From NCBI GenBank assembly GCA_951406725.2, contig OX597815.1, forward strand, positions 137,950,001-138,014,000: a DNA stretch of 64,000 bases, written 5' to 3'. This document shows positions 51,947-64,000 of the stretch, in pieces (positions within the stretch are counted from its first letter, which is position 1; each line of letters opens with the position of its first letter). A program made the translations under genes and the position numbers. The notes beneath the pieces were generated by a model that was given only the letters and a program-made list of their open reading frames with translations, had not been told where the DNA came from and made no database searches. The stretch comes from Octopus vulgaris. Lineage: Eukaryota.

Positions 51947-53904
51947 GTGGAAATGAAACTTTGAACACAATCCTACAAAAAATAATATAATTCCAATGAT
52001 ACATATATAAACATACATGTACTTTCATACATGCATACACATTCATACCTGTATACAGCTTATACAAGATAGATATAGCACAAAAATATAACACAAAGAC
52101 AAGGTAATAAAACAAACAGTGTAGTAAGTTTAAACTCAGAAAAGAGGGGAAAAAATAGAAGAAAAAGTCTTTTACATTTCAGGTATAAACTCTTCGTCTG
52201 AAAGAATAGACAAGGTGAGAGAAAATGGACAAAGAAACACCAGTGTCTAATGGTCACAATATGCATGTGTGTGTGTGTGTATAAAACTAACAAATTCATT
52301 ATTATGTACCCAACAGTTATTGGAATATGTGATATGCTGAATTGTTCACCTTCAAAGATATAGACACAGACATGGCTGAATAGTTAAGAAGTTTACTTTA
52401 CAGGCACATGGTTTCAGGTTCAGTCCCATTGCAGAGCACCTTGGGAGAATGTCTTCTACTATATCACCAGACCAACCAATACTTTTTGAGTAGAATTGGT
52501 AAATGGAAACTGCATGGAAACTCAGTGTGTGTTTGAATGATGAAATTCTATGGCTTGGTTTGTAACCATCAGAAGCAGCCACTGAGTGTTTTGATGATTA
52601 GTGGGATAAAGAAAAAAAAAGAAAAAACATTTACTCGAAAAATAGGTAATGGCAACTGGTAAGAAGAGCATCTGGCTATGAAATACTGCCTCAAGTGAAT
52701 CTTCATCCAACCCAAACCATCATGGAAAAACAGACAATAAATGAATGAAATACTCTCCTTTTCTTTCTCTCTCTTACACACCATCATCATCATTTAACAT
52801 GTTTCCCATGCTTGCATGGGTTAGACAGTTTGACTGGGATTGGTAAGTCAAAGAGCTGTACCAAACTCCAGTCAGTTTTGGCTTGGTTTCTATAGCTGGA
52901 TGCCTTTCCTAACCACTCTACAGAGTGTACCTGGTATCTTTTATGTGTCACTGGCATGGATGCTTTTTACATGTAACTCATATGTAAAAATACATGTATG
53001 TATGTGTGTGTATATATATGTGTATGTATATATAAATACGAACATGCGGTTTTCAAACATTAGGCAATATGCTGTGCTAGAGAAGACCTGTCAAGCCAAG
53101 TGAAATTGTAGTTATGGCCAATGCCAATGCCATCTGACTGGCACATAAAAAGCACGGTTCAAATGTTGGGCCTCACAGAGGCAGTGACATGTAATTGAAA
53201 CTTTTGGTGAAATACCGTGCTTCTGTAGACCTGTGAAGCCAAGTAAGATCGTAGTCGTGGTCAATGCTGGTGTCACATCAATGGCACCCGTGCTGGTAGC
53301 ATGTAATACGCATCCACTACGCTCTTGGAGTTGTTGGCATTAGGGAGGGCATCCAGCCATAGAATCCTTGCTAAATTGGACTGGAACCTGGTGCAGCTCC
53401 CCAGTTTACTAGTTTTCAGTCAAACTGTCCAACCCATGCCAGCATGGAATGTGGATGTTGAACGATGATGATGATGATAATGGTGTTTGAGTGTTTGTTC
53501 CAGCTGAACTGAATTCATTGGTATTTTTGGATGCCAATGTCATTAATCATTCTCATATATCCAATTGTTTCTGGTATTTCTTACATTATGTACAGGATGA
53601 CAATGATTGTAATCCAAATGCCAAGGCTGCATTCAACTATGACACTGCTGGCACCTGATGTGTCACTTTTTATCACCTCACTGGGTTTTTGTATGGCAGG
53701 GACTGTCATCACAAAAACGACAGGTCAAATCTTCTGGAGATACATTTTGAATTGAAAGAGTGGAAACGTTACCAGTATGTGTAAATTCATAGTTGCCACA
53801 TTTGTAACAAGTTCTATCACATTCAAGGTTACTATTTTTCTGGACAGTAGGTCTTTTCATATCGGGTATTTCAATACGAAGAGTGGCATATTCATAGGTA
53901 AAAG

Positions 53905-54240
53905 GTAAAGACCCCATCCAGTCATGAATGACCATAGGATTGCACCTAGAAAGCTCCCCTCCAAAGAACAAGTTCAGGAAAGGTTGTTTGTGGAAGACCA
54001 GCAGTTATCTATGCACCCCAGCCTTCCTTCTCCATGCCACTGATGTTATTCAAGGGAAAGGCAAAGGCTGATACAGCTTGGCAACAATGACGTTGCAACT
54101 CATTTCTACAGCTGAGTTAACAGGAGTAATGTGAAATAGAGTGTTTTGCTCAAGAACACAACACACATCCTGGTCCAAGAACTGAACTCACTACCTCATG
54201 ATTGTGAGCCCGATGCCCTAACCACTTAGCCATGCACCTT
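53905..54240 (-). mobile_element. tRNA-derived SINE
   Basis: GGTGCATGGCTAAGTGGTTAG head; co-linear along its length with 56720-57045. Confidence 0.8.
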
Positions 54241-55117
54241 CACATATACATTCATACATGTACACATACGTACATACATACACACACATATATATCGTTT
54301 AATCTCTCTGTTAAGAGGCAGAAGCACTTACACATGTACACACATGATGGTACCTTTCACCTATCAAATTCAATCACAGCCCAAGGCTATAGCTTCAGTC
54401 AACCCAAGGATATAGCAGAAAGCACTTGCCCAAGGTGCCACACAAAACAAAGTTATTTTATTTCACACAGGTGGAAATATAGGAAAAAGAAACCGAAAAT
54501 GCACTTGGATTTATTTAGATTTTTTATTAAAAAATTTTTAAAGGCTTAACTGATTTTGCAGGTTTCCTTGAATTTCAAAAGTTGGTGGAGTTATGCTACA
54601 ACTATCTTGCTTCTGATTAGAGTTAAAAATTCTCTTGATTTTTTTTAGAAAGAACATGGCTCAAAATAGTATCTCTTCTGGATATGATTTGATTGACCAA
54701 GATTGATCAAATGACAGGTTTAGAAATCTTTTGTAAGCTCCCCTCCCACCACTACTAAAGCTGTCACAGTTGAGTGAACATGTCAAATGACAGTCCCAAA
54801 CAATCAACACTCTCTAAATTTAATCTGTCAAGTGTGGTGGAGTATAGTCAGGTGATTAGGCTTAGAAATTTTTGTAGGTTTGGGCTATGGTCTTGCATTA
54901 ATATCATGTGACAATATTTTTTGTGCAGAAAATTAAGGCTGACATGGTTGAGTAAATGCGTCTAGTGGCAGTTCTATTGTCAAGTGGTAGAGTGAACAGG
55001 AGTTGTTTCTATGTAACCTGGTGGCTGAATGGTTATGATTTGTATGTATATATGTAAGCATAAAATTTTTTTCTCCACTAAATTTGTACATTAGTATCAC
55101 ACAAAATTATATATCAT

Positions 55118-56685
55118 ATCATCATTTAACATCTGTTTTCCATGTTAGCGTGGGTTGGATGGTTTGACTGAGGTCTGTAGAGCCAGTGGTTGTACCAGGC
55201 TCCAATCTGATCTGGTAATGTTTCTACAGCTGGATGCCCTTCTAGTGCCAACCACTCCAAGAGTGTAGTGGGTGCTTTTTACATGCCACCGGCATAGAAA
55301 CTAGTCAGGCAGGCGTGTTATCGATCACATTCAGATAGTGCTTTTTACGTGCCTGGTATTGATCACATTCAGATGGTGCTTTTCACATGCCACAGGCACA
55401 GGGGTCAGTCAGCAGGTACTGGCATCATCCACATTCAGATGGTGTTTTTTTTATGTGCCACCAGCATGAGAGCCAGTCAGGGAGTATTGGCATTGGCCAC
55501 ATTCAGATAGTGCTTTTTGTGTGCCACCGGCATGGGGGCCAGTCAGATGGTCCTGGCATTGATCGCATTTGGTTAGTGGTTTTTATGTGCCATTGGCACG
55601 GGAGACAGTCAGGGGGTACTGGCATCAGCCATGTTCAGATGGTGCTTTTTATGTGCCACTAGCATGGGAGCTAGTCAAGGGGCACTGGCCGCAGCTATGA
55701 TATTGGTTTTAGTTGACTCAACAGGTCTTCTAGCCCAATGCATCAGGGGTACCCTTAACTGAGCTGGACATGCATGGCTGCAATCTGACTTTAGTTGCTG
55801 GGTCTTCTCAATCACAGCATATCTCCAAAGGTCTTGGTCTCCTGTCATTGCCTCTGTAAGGCTCAATGTTTGAAAATCATGCTTCACCACCTCATCCTAT
55901 GTCTTCCTGGGTCTACCTCTTCCACAGGGAGTGGCACTTCCTCACACTGCTGTCCTTATCCATACGTAGCGCATGACCATACCAGGGCAGTTGTGTCTCT
56001 TGCACACCACCTTTGATGCTTCTTATGCCCAACTTTTCTCTCAGGGTGCTTACACTCTGTCGTGCATGCACACTAACATTACATATCCAGTGGATCATAC
56101 TAGCTTTATTTCTTTCAAGCCTATGTATGTCCTCAGCAGTCATAGCCCATGTTTCACCCTTAGTTGCCAGCAGAGGTAGGAGTTCCCTGAACTTAACCCA
56201 GGCTTCTAGCCACTACACTCTTAGACCAGCCACTACACTCTTAGACCAACCACTCCACTACAGGCTTGGTCACCTAGGTAGCAGAAGCTATTAATTACTA
56301 CAGTGTTTACTGTCCCTGTGCATCTGGTTAACCTTCCTTTGATATTGCTGCACCTTTTATCTGTCTATAGCTTACACCGGGTACATCATATGGAGTTTCT
56401 ATCCATGCCTTTACTACAGATTGAGCAGGGCCATCTACTTGAAAGGGGTTTGTGATTTGACAGCCTCCCTACTTACTAACACTTTGGTTTTTGCTAAGTT
56501 AACTCTAAGGCCCTTTGACTCTAGACTTTGCTTCCACACCCTAAACTTCGTCTCTAGTTCTGGCAGTGACTTGGTTATTAGAGCAAGGTCATCAGCATAG
56601 AGGAGCTCCCAGGGGCAGCTTGTTTTGAATTCCTCTGTTATTGCCTGGAGGACTATAATAAAGAGGAGGCTGAGGACTGATCCTT
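55118..56685 (-). mobile_element. RTE LINE 3' part with expanded minisatellite in the 3' UTR
   Basis: TAEDIHRLERNKASMIHWICNV..LREKLGIRSI and ELLYADDL. About 7 units of about 66 bp at 55271-55690; (CAT)n tail at about 55120. Confidence 0.9.
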
Positions 56686-56719
56686 ATATATATATATATA
56701 TATATATATAAAGGGTAAA

Positions 56720-57045
56720 TACCTCCTTCAGTCATGAATGACCATAGGATTGCAGCTAGATAATTTTCCTCCAAAGCACAAGTCTGGGCAAGGGTGTTTA
56801 TGGAAGACCAGCAGTCACCCATGCATACCAACCTCCCCTCTCCATGTCACCGATGTTATTGAAAGGAAAGGTAAAGATTGATACAGCTTGGCACCAGTGA
56901 TGTCACAACTCATTTCTACAGCTGAGTGAACTGGAGCAATGTAAAATAAAGTCTTTTGCTCAAGAACACAGAGCCCGGTCCAGGAATCGAACTCACTGTC
57001 TCATGATTGTGAGCCCGACGCTCTAACCACTGAGCCATGCACCAT
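56720..57045 (-). mobile_element. tRNA-derived SINE
   Basis: TGGCTCAGTGGTTAGAGC A-box, GAGTTCGATTCC B-box; flanked by (TA)n and (CA)n. Confidence 0.85.
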
Positions 57046-57786
57046 ACACACACACATATATATAATAAGCCGAAGATGGCTGATTTGAATAAATGGTTAT
57101 CACCCAACCATAATCTAGTTGATATGTTTTGATTTTTTAAAATACTCTTATTTTTGGATGGGATATTGTTTTCTTTTCTTTTTATGCAAACTGTCAAGTT
57201 TAACCTGAACATCTTGTTTATATTCATACAAAGACTTTCATGACAATTCTTGCAAATATAAATATGTATCATCAAACTATCTAAAGATAAAAAAAGGGGG
57301 AAAAAATCATTCTTATGAATAAGGTTTCACTGTTAAGATTTTAATTTTAGTTACAATTAATCCATTTGACATGCTTTCTGTTCTAGAATGGATTTGATGT
57401 ACCCAAATAACACCATATTTACTGGTCTTAATTTTATGCCATCCCAATGTCTTAATTCAGTTCCTCATTAAAGCAGGGGCTGAGAAGAATGAAGAGACAG
57501 CAGAAAAATTGTCATATTTAATTAAAAAAAAAGAAGTTCGTTTTGAAGTTTTAAACTTGTCCAACACCATACCAAAAGGAATTACACAGACGTAAGCTCT
57601 ATTGTGTTCTCATTAATTTGTGTATGTGTGTATGTGGGGGTGGATGACTGTGATTTGTGTCAGTTTAAGAACCACTGCCTTTTGTCTTTGAAACAACTGA
57701 ACCAAGTTGGAAATGAATTTTAAATCTTCCTTACCACCTACCACTTCTTGCAATTTACTCAACTAGCATCAATCATTTACATTATA

Positions 57787-58003
57787 TTGGTTTCAAATTT
57801 TGGCACAAGTCCAGCAATTTCAGAGGGAGGAGTAAGTCGATTACATTGACCCCCAGTGCTCAGCTGGTACTTATTTAATCAACCCCAAAAGGAAAAAAGG
57901 CAAAGCTGACCGCAGCAGAATTTGAACTCAGAATGTAAAGACAGATGAAATACTGCTCAGCATTTTCCCTAGCATGCTAACAATTCTGCCAGCTTGCCAC
58001 CAT
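57787..58003 (-). mobile_element. tRNA-derived SINE (Meta/MESC-like core)
   Basis: Same family as the 16-17.5 kb cluster. 16-bp TSD AATCATTTACATTATA at 57771 and 58004. Confidence 0.9.
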
Positions 58004-59174
58004 AATCATTTACATTATACTGCTAACACAATATAACTCAACTATTCAGATTCATATTGCATGTACAGCACTCTGTAATTTTTACTGAGATGTAAAATCT
58101 GTTTCCTGTACATACATTTTACTATAGAGCAGGCTGTCCTTCAGAAAAGAAAGTTTACCTTTTTAACAAAATGTAAATCATCTTTCCTTTCCTACGTTTC
58201 ACTAACTTCCTATTTTTATTAATTGACTTAGCTGTAGCTATGTGAAGGAAGTTTGCTTCCCAACCACATGATTTTGAATTCAGTCCCACTGTGTGACACT
58301 TTTGCCAAGTGTCTTCTACTACAGCCTTGGTCTGACCAAAGCCTTGTGAGTGGACTTGGTAGACGGAAACTGAAAGAAGCCTATGTTTATGTGTGTGTAT
58401 GCTCGTCTTTGTCTCCCATCACTACTTGACAGCAGGTCTGTTTACATCCCCGTAACCTAGCAATTTAGCAAAAGCAACTTATAGAATATGTACCAGGCTT
58501 CCAAAACTAAGTACTGGGGTCGATTTATTCAGATGAGCCCTTCATGATGGTGTCCCAGTATGACTGCAGTCCAAAGAGCGTAACAAGTGGTTTGGAGGAG
58601 GGTTTGAGACATGGTTATTCATCCTCTGGTATAATGACAAATTAACGGTTGTAAGCAAACAAGAGGAGTAAAATCCCAGAGGATTGACATTCGAAGTAGG
58701 TGAGACTAAGTGAAGTAGTTAAAGCGATAAAGCAAGGTCTGGGGATGAGAGTCGGGACAATGAGCTGACGAAGGGAGGGAATGGAGAATCTGAAGTCAAA
58801 CTCGAAAGAAGTGAAGACAACTGTGACAGCAATAGGAAAAGTAGTGAGAAGACCACGTCTATTGACTAGTGATCGGAGCATACTGTCGGGCAACTTTGTG
58901 TCAATCGTTTTATTCTTTGTGCTTAGACTGCGACCATGCGGGGCCTAAAAAAAAAAATCAGTCGATATTTTCGTTTTCTATTTGTTTCGAAAATGTCTAG
59001 ACTGTGTGTGTAGTAGTAGTGGTAGTAGACGCATCGTCCCAGATGTTAATAGTATTCCATTATAGGGATCACTTGAGACTAGTAAAGGGTTATTAGTTGA
59101 TGAACCTTTGAAGCATTTGCTAATCCTGAGGAAAGCCAACATTGGCAATATATGAATAAGAGACATTACATAAG

Positions 59175-59334
59175 CAGGGCCACCTGAGCAGCTCATAGGC
59201 CCTTGGGCAAATCAATGCACTGGGCCCGCTTGCATATATTCATTAAGAGCAAACCAAAGCATAAATAGATCACAACTGCGCCCCTAGACCCACGAAGCCC
59301 GTGGGCAATTGGCCAGTGTGTCATGACGGCACTG
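59175..59334. mobile_element. Possible hAT-type MITE
   Basis: GC-rich 160 bp; ends CAGGGCCACC ... GACGGCACTG (imperfect TIR); flanks TACATAAG / CACATACG match 6 of 8. Confidence 0.45.
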
Positions 59335-60012
59335 CACATACGCCTCATAGATGTGTAAGTTACATCATATGCTTACTACTATACCAACAGAACCTTATAT
59401 TCTAGAACCAAAGTCAAATATATATTTATGGTAATTTTGTAAGACAAAGTAAATTTCCCTAAACAATATCCCAAAGAGACTTCGAAATGGTCTGATACAA
59501 ATTAAGGGGTGAATGCGAGCTGGGGTGGGGGAAAAGAGAGAAGCGAATCGAGAGAGAAATAGTGAAAGACGTGAACGTAGGTTAACCTTCCTAAAAGGTT
59601 ACATAAACAAGTTTTAACATCGCAATAGTTAAAAAAGATTTTAAAAAGCGTCAACGTTGAGATACAAAACAAAAACTAAGTTCAGGTTAATAAAATAAAT
59701 TTTTCTATTGGGAAATATTTTAATTAAATTCATATTTCATTTTAAAAGAACTTTAAAAATGAACAAACTAGGCTTCCATATATTTTAGTAAATCTGAACC
59801 GATTTATATTGGTTCACCATATATATTGGTTTCATAGTAATTTCTGAATTTAAACAAGTTGAACCAAAAACGATGATGTAGCTGACTATAAAAGACGAAA
59901 GAATTATTAAACCGAATTCGGAAAGAAAAAAATGTCTTAATGAAAACACTATTAGTTAAGATTGCATCAGATACAATATTTTGGCAGTTAAATCACTAAC
60001 AACATGTGTGTG

Positions 60013-60016
<4 letters not shown>

Positions 60017-60050
<34 letters not shown>
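60017..60050. repeat. (TA)n microsatellite
   Basis: Read directly. Similar tracts at about 8759-8778, 19710-19748 (TA/CA) and 56686-56710; (GAT)n at 16259-16290. Confidence 0.95.
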
Positions 60051-60055
<5 letters not shown>

Positions 60056-60100
60056 CTTGCTATTTCAGATAATCAATAAGAAGAGATTTTGTTCACTTAC

Positions 60101-60230
60101 TGTAAACTATCGGTTAAGCACGAATCAAACGAAACTTCGCGAAATACGCAGAACAAATTTTGTCTGGTTAGGAACGGTGTTAACGCATTATCACCTCTAG
60201 CTTAAATTTTGTCCGCGTTGCATTTAGTTT
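60101..60230 (-). promoter_or_regulatory. Candidate GHITM non-coding exon 1 / promoter
   Basis: Consensus donor TTTACA|GTAAGT at 60101/60100 in a locally CpG-retaining non-repeat stretch. Coding exon 1 starts at an acceptor 26 nt before the ATG, so an upstream exon is implied. The 5' boundary is a guess. Confidence 0.55.
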
Positions 60231-60420
60231 CAGGTTGGGAACAAGAAAGATACATGAATTTTTTTTTTCATCATATATTTGCTATTAGATATTGATTATT
60301 CTACACATTTTACTGAGCATACTTTCCGAAGTAAATAAACAATACATTTTAGCTAAATAATCCAGAATTTGTATTTTTATGTCAACATAAAGAAATGGAG
60401 TTTCATTATTAAACTTAAAC

Positions 60421-62770
60421 CATCATCAGCATCATCATCATCATTTAACGTCCGTTTTCCATGTTGGCATAGGTTTGACAGGAGCTAATAAATCAGACAG
60501 CTGCACCAGACACCTGTCATCTGTTTTGAATTGTTTCTACGGCTGGATGCCCTTCCTAATGCTAACCTCTTTACAGAGTGTACTGGATGTCTTTTACGTG
60601 TCACTGGTACAGGTGCCTCTTACATGCCACTGGTATGGGCGCCTTTTATGTTTCACCAGCACAGGTGTTTTTCATGTGCCACTGGCACTATCCACAATTT
60701 CACACAGCTTGACATGTCTTCTCAAGTACAGCAAATCACCAGAACTCTCGGTCATTTTTCAACATCTCCATGAGACTTAACATCCAAAGATCGTATTTCA
60801 CCACCTTGTTCTACATCCACGTGTTCTCTCCATAATTAGAGATCAGCACTTCTTTATGCAACTGTCCTCATCCATATGCATCACATCACCATACCAGTGC
60901 AGTCTTCTTGCTAGCATACCACATTTGATGCTTCTTATACCTAATTTTTCTCTTAAGACACGTACACTCAGTAATAGATGTGTACTGACATCTATTACTG
61001 AGAAAGAAATGAAGCTATCATCCAGCAGAGCATGATAGCTTCATTTCTTTCAAGCATTTGCATAAGAACAAGGTCATCAACATAGAGGAGCTCCCAAGGG
61101 CAGCCAGTCTTAAATTCCTCTGTTATGGCCTGGTGAACTATGATAAACAAGACCCTTGGTGAACTCCTACCTGTACACTGAATTCATTACTTTACTTATT
61201 GCTGACTTTCACCTTATTGACAGCATCCCGGTACATGGCTTGTACAACTCTTACCAACCACTCTTCTATTCCTAGCTTCCACATCGACCACCGTATAACG
61301 GAGAGGGGAACCCTGTCAAAGGTTTTCTCCATGTTAAGAAAACTGTAGTACAGAGGTTTATTTTTAGCTAGATACTTCTCCTGCTGCTGCTTTACCTGGA
61401 ATACAGCATCAGTAGTGCTTCTTGGCACAAAATCAAATTGCATTTAATCTAGACTAACTCTCTTTCCTAATTAGTTGAGCCATGAACTTCTCTGTAACTT
61501 TCATCACCAGGTCCAGAAAATTGATACTTCTTTAATTATTTCTGTCCAAGGCATCACCTTTACATTTGTAGTATTTGACTTTAATGCATCTACACCAGTC
61601 ATTAGGTATGAATCCCTTGTGGACAACCTGATACAGGTGACTAGACCATATCCTATTTCACCAGATATTTTAAGCATCTCAGCAATGATTCCTGATGGGC
61701 CAAGGGTTTTGCCTGTCTGCAAATCCCTAATTGCTTTATCTACCAAGCTACTGTCTATTTGGATAGCTATTTCCTGGGTAGGGAGTCTATGTTAGGCATA
61801 CTCTTCTTCTCCCATAAGTTCTCTACTTTTAGCAGCCTTTCATAGTTTGGCACTTCCAAACCTCTTTCATTGCAGAGTCACTAACTGAAAATTAACCATA
61901 ACACCACATTTTCCATAACATCATGATTTTCTCTGATACATTGTCTTGCAAACTGAAACACCTCAAGCCACTGGTCCCCTCTCTGCAGTACATTGGCAAA
62001 CTTCCTTCCTGCTTCTCCCCTGGCTAAGCATACCTGTCTCCTAGCTTCCCTTCTAGCTACTTGATATAGTTCTTTCCTATTGCCACCCTTCCAGGCCTTT
62101 TTCTTTTCTCTAATGGCCCTGTCAACTGTTCCAGGACCATGTTGCCTTAAGTGTGGTTGGGACTTTGCACCAACCACAAATTTGGTCTGTGACTCTCAGT
62201 AAGTTGTTTTGTAGAAACTTCCAGTTGTCCTGTATGTTACATGTCTGTAACTTCTCCTTTTTATTAAATGCTTCAGTTAGGAGGTCTCTAAATCTTTGAC
62301 TATTCAAAGGATCCTTAAGCTTCCAAATCCTTCTTTTCCAGACTGGTCTGCTTCGTGGAATCCTTTTAGCTTGTAGTCCGGAGTCATTAATAACTAATCT
62401 ATACTGGGAGATACATTCTTCACCAGGAAAGGTCTTTGCATTTATGAACAACCATGTATCTTGCTTTCTGGTAAGAATGTAGTCAATCTGGCTTGTTTGG
62501 CCACCAGATTGATTGGTTATCAAGTGACTGGATGGTGTTGCAGATCATTAGATTATTTGCATCACAGAACTCCAGTAGCCTTGATCCCTCCTCATTATGA
62601 GCACCAACTCCATGGCCATTATGGACACTGTAGCCATGAAGATAAGGTCACTGATACTTGTCTTTGAGGTAGTCTGCAAAAGAATATCATAAAAAGAACC
62701 CTTTTGTTCATTTGGCAGACCTGGTCGAGTGGCATAGGTAGAGATAATTGTTGCTGTACTATTTTGTAAA
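60421..62770 (-). mobile_element. RTE LINE remnant, internally deleted
   Basis: ITNQSGGQTSQIDYIL, CISQYRLV, AIRDLQTGKTLGPSGI and QFDFVPRSTTDAVF..EKTFDRVP; (CAT)n tail at 60421-60445. Confidence 0.92.
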
Positions 62771-63545
62771 CATTGCTTTCCCAGTCAGCCTCCTGCATTT
62801 CACAGGCCTTTAATGAGGACTTTACACAGTCTTTAAATGTCCTGGAATTTAAGGAGCTAATGAGAGGTCAATGTTGCTTCATCCACAACTCACTCACGGT
62901 TTAGAAGTTCTGAAAAATGTTCAGTCCAGCAACCTGTGATCTCTGTTGATATAGTAAACAGAGCAGAAGACTCCTTGGAAAGTGAAGGAACTGATGCAGA
63001 GCTCTTAGGCCCATAAACTTGCTTCATAAGATGGTAAAGATTCCTGCTGTCATTTGCATCAGCAGCAGCCTGAATATCTCAAGCAAGATCCTCCCACTTG
63101 GTATTCTGCATCTTCCTGAGATATCGCTGCAGTAGTAATTTTACACTGTTGCAGTGGGCAAGTGCTAGATTTTGCTGCACAGCTGAAATACCGTAATACA
63201 CTGTGGGCATGGCACTTTACAACCAGTAGTCACTGAACTTCAGCATCATTTTCATCAAATCAGTCTCTGTGTCTGGCAATAGCATATCCCAGTGTTTCAG
63301 CTTGGTCTTGAAAATCTTCCTGGTCTCGAAAATCTTCCCACACTGTAATATTTTCAATGCTGGATAAACAATTCTGAAGCTCTTTCCTCACCATGCCGTC
63401 ATATATCTTATGGACATTCAGACACAGAAGAATGTCAACTGGTCCTCTTCTTTCTTTCATTCTGATCATCATCTGGAACTTTGCTCGCACCAGGCTGTGG
63501 TCTGTCCTGCATTCTGAACAATGGAAGGACTTGACATACGACTAC
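62770..63545 (-). mobile_element. Fragment of a second LINE family (end of APE endonuclease and linker)
   Basis: Minus frame reads SECRTDHSLVRAKFQM..QAETLGYAIARHRD (TDH motif). Sequence differs from the main RTE family. Confidence 0.6.
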
Positions 63546-63659
63546 AGATCCAATCCATCACTGGAACTGTAAAAATCTGTAAAACTTTCCAGAAGTTTAT
63601 CATTTAAATATATATGAGCATGTCTAGATACGCAACTATATGCATGAGAATACATATAT

Positions 63660-64000
63660 CATCATCATCATCGTTTAACGTCCACTTTCCATGCTAGCAT
63701 GGGTTGGACGTATGACTGAGGGCTGGCAAACCAGATGGCTGCACCAGGCTTCAATCTTGATCTGACAGAGTTTCTACAGCTGGATGCCCTTCCTAACGCC
63801 AACCACTCTGAGAGTGTAGTGGGTGCTTTTACGTGCCAGTCAGGTGGCACTGGCAACGACCTCACTCGAATCTTTTACACATGCCACCAGCGCGGGTGCC
63901 AGTAAGGTGATGCTGGTAATGATCACGCTTGAATGGTACTTTTTACGTGCCACTGGCATGGAGGCCAGATAGCTGCTCTGGCAATGATCATGCTTGGATG
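63660..64000 (-). mobile_element. RTE 3' end with tandem units, running off the window
   Basis: (CAT)n-CGTTTAACGTCCACTTTCCATGCTAGCATGGG, followed by GTGCTTTTACGTGCCA units. Confidence 0.85.

Noticed and set aside
55271-55690. CRISPR-like repeat/spacer appearance
   Set aside because: The spacer-like parts are homologous to each other, the array is part of an RTE 3' UTR, the context is eukaryotic, and there are no cas genes.

Overview
AT-rich, repeat-dense eukaryotic (animal) DNA. The repeat families suggest an octopus/coleoid cephalopod genome (inference, not verified). Two protein-coding genes lie on the minus strand. (1) A complete GHITM/TMBIM5 gene: 7 coding exons from 51946 down to 36100 that splice in phase through GT-AG sites to 1020 nt (339 aa), plus a candidate non-coding first exon near 60.1 kb. 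(2) The first coding exon (20258-20344) of a GRB2/Drk-like SH3 adaptor, which the ORF track misses. I found no further exons of it in the window. Most of the rest is transposon-derived: many decayed RTE-clade LINE fragments and their (GAT)n-tailed 3' ends, a CR1 fragment, a full-length defective DD34D mariner, a fold-back mariner derivative, TTAA-type MITEs and several tRNA-headed SINE families. The most notable observations are a tRNA-headed, head-to-head inverted element carrying a hammerhead-ribozyme core (1226-1613), a C4HC3 PHD-like finger inside the RTE reverse transcriptase, and a head-to-tail pile-up of 6-7 divergent SINEs. Exon, TIR and TSD coordinates were read by eye; boundaries of decayed repeats are approximate.
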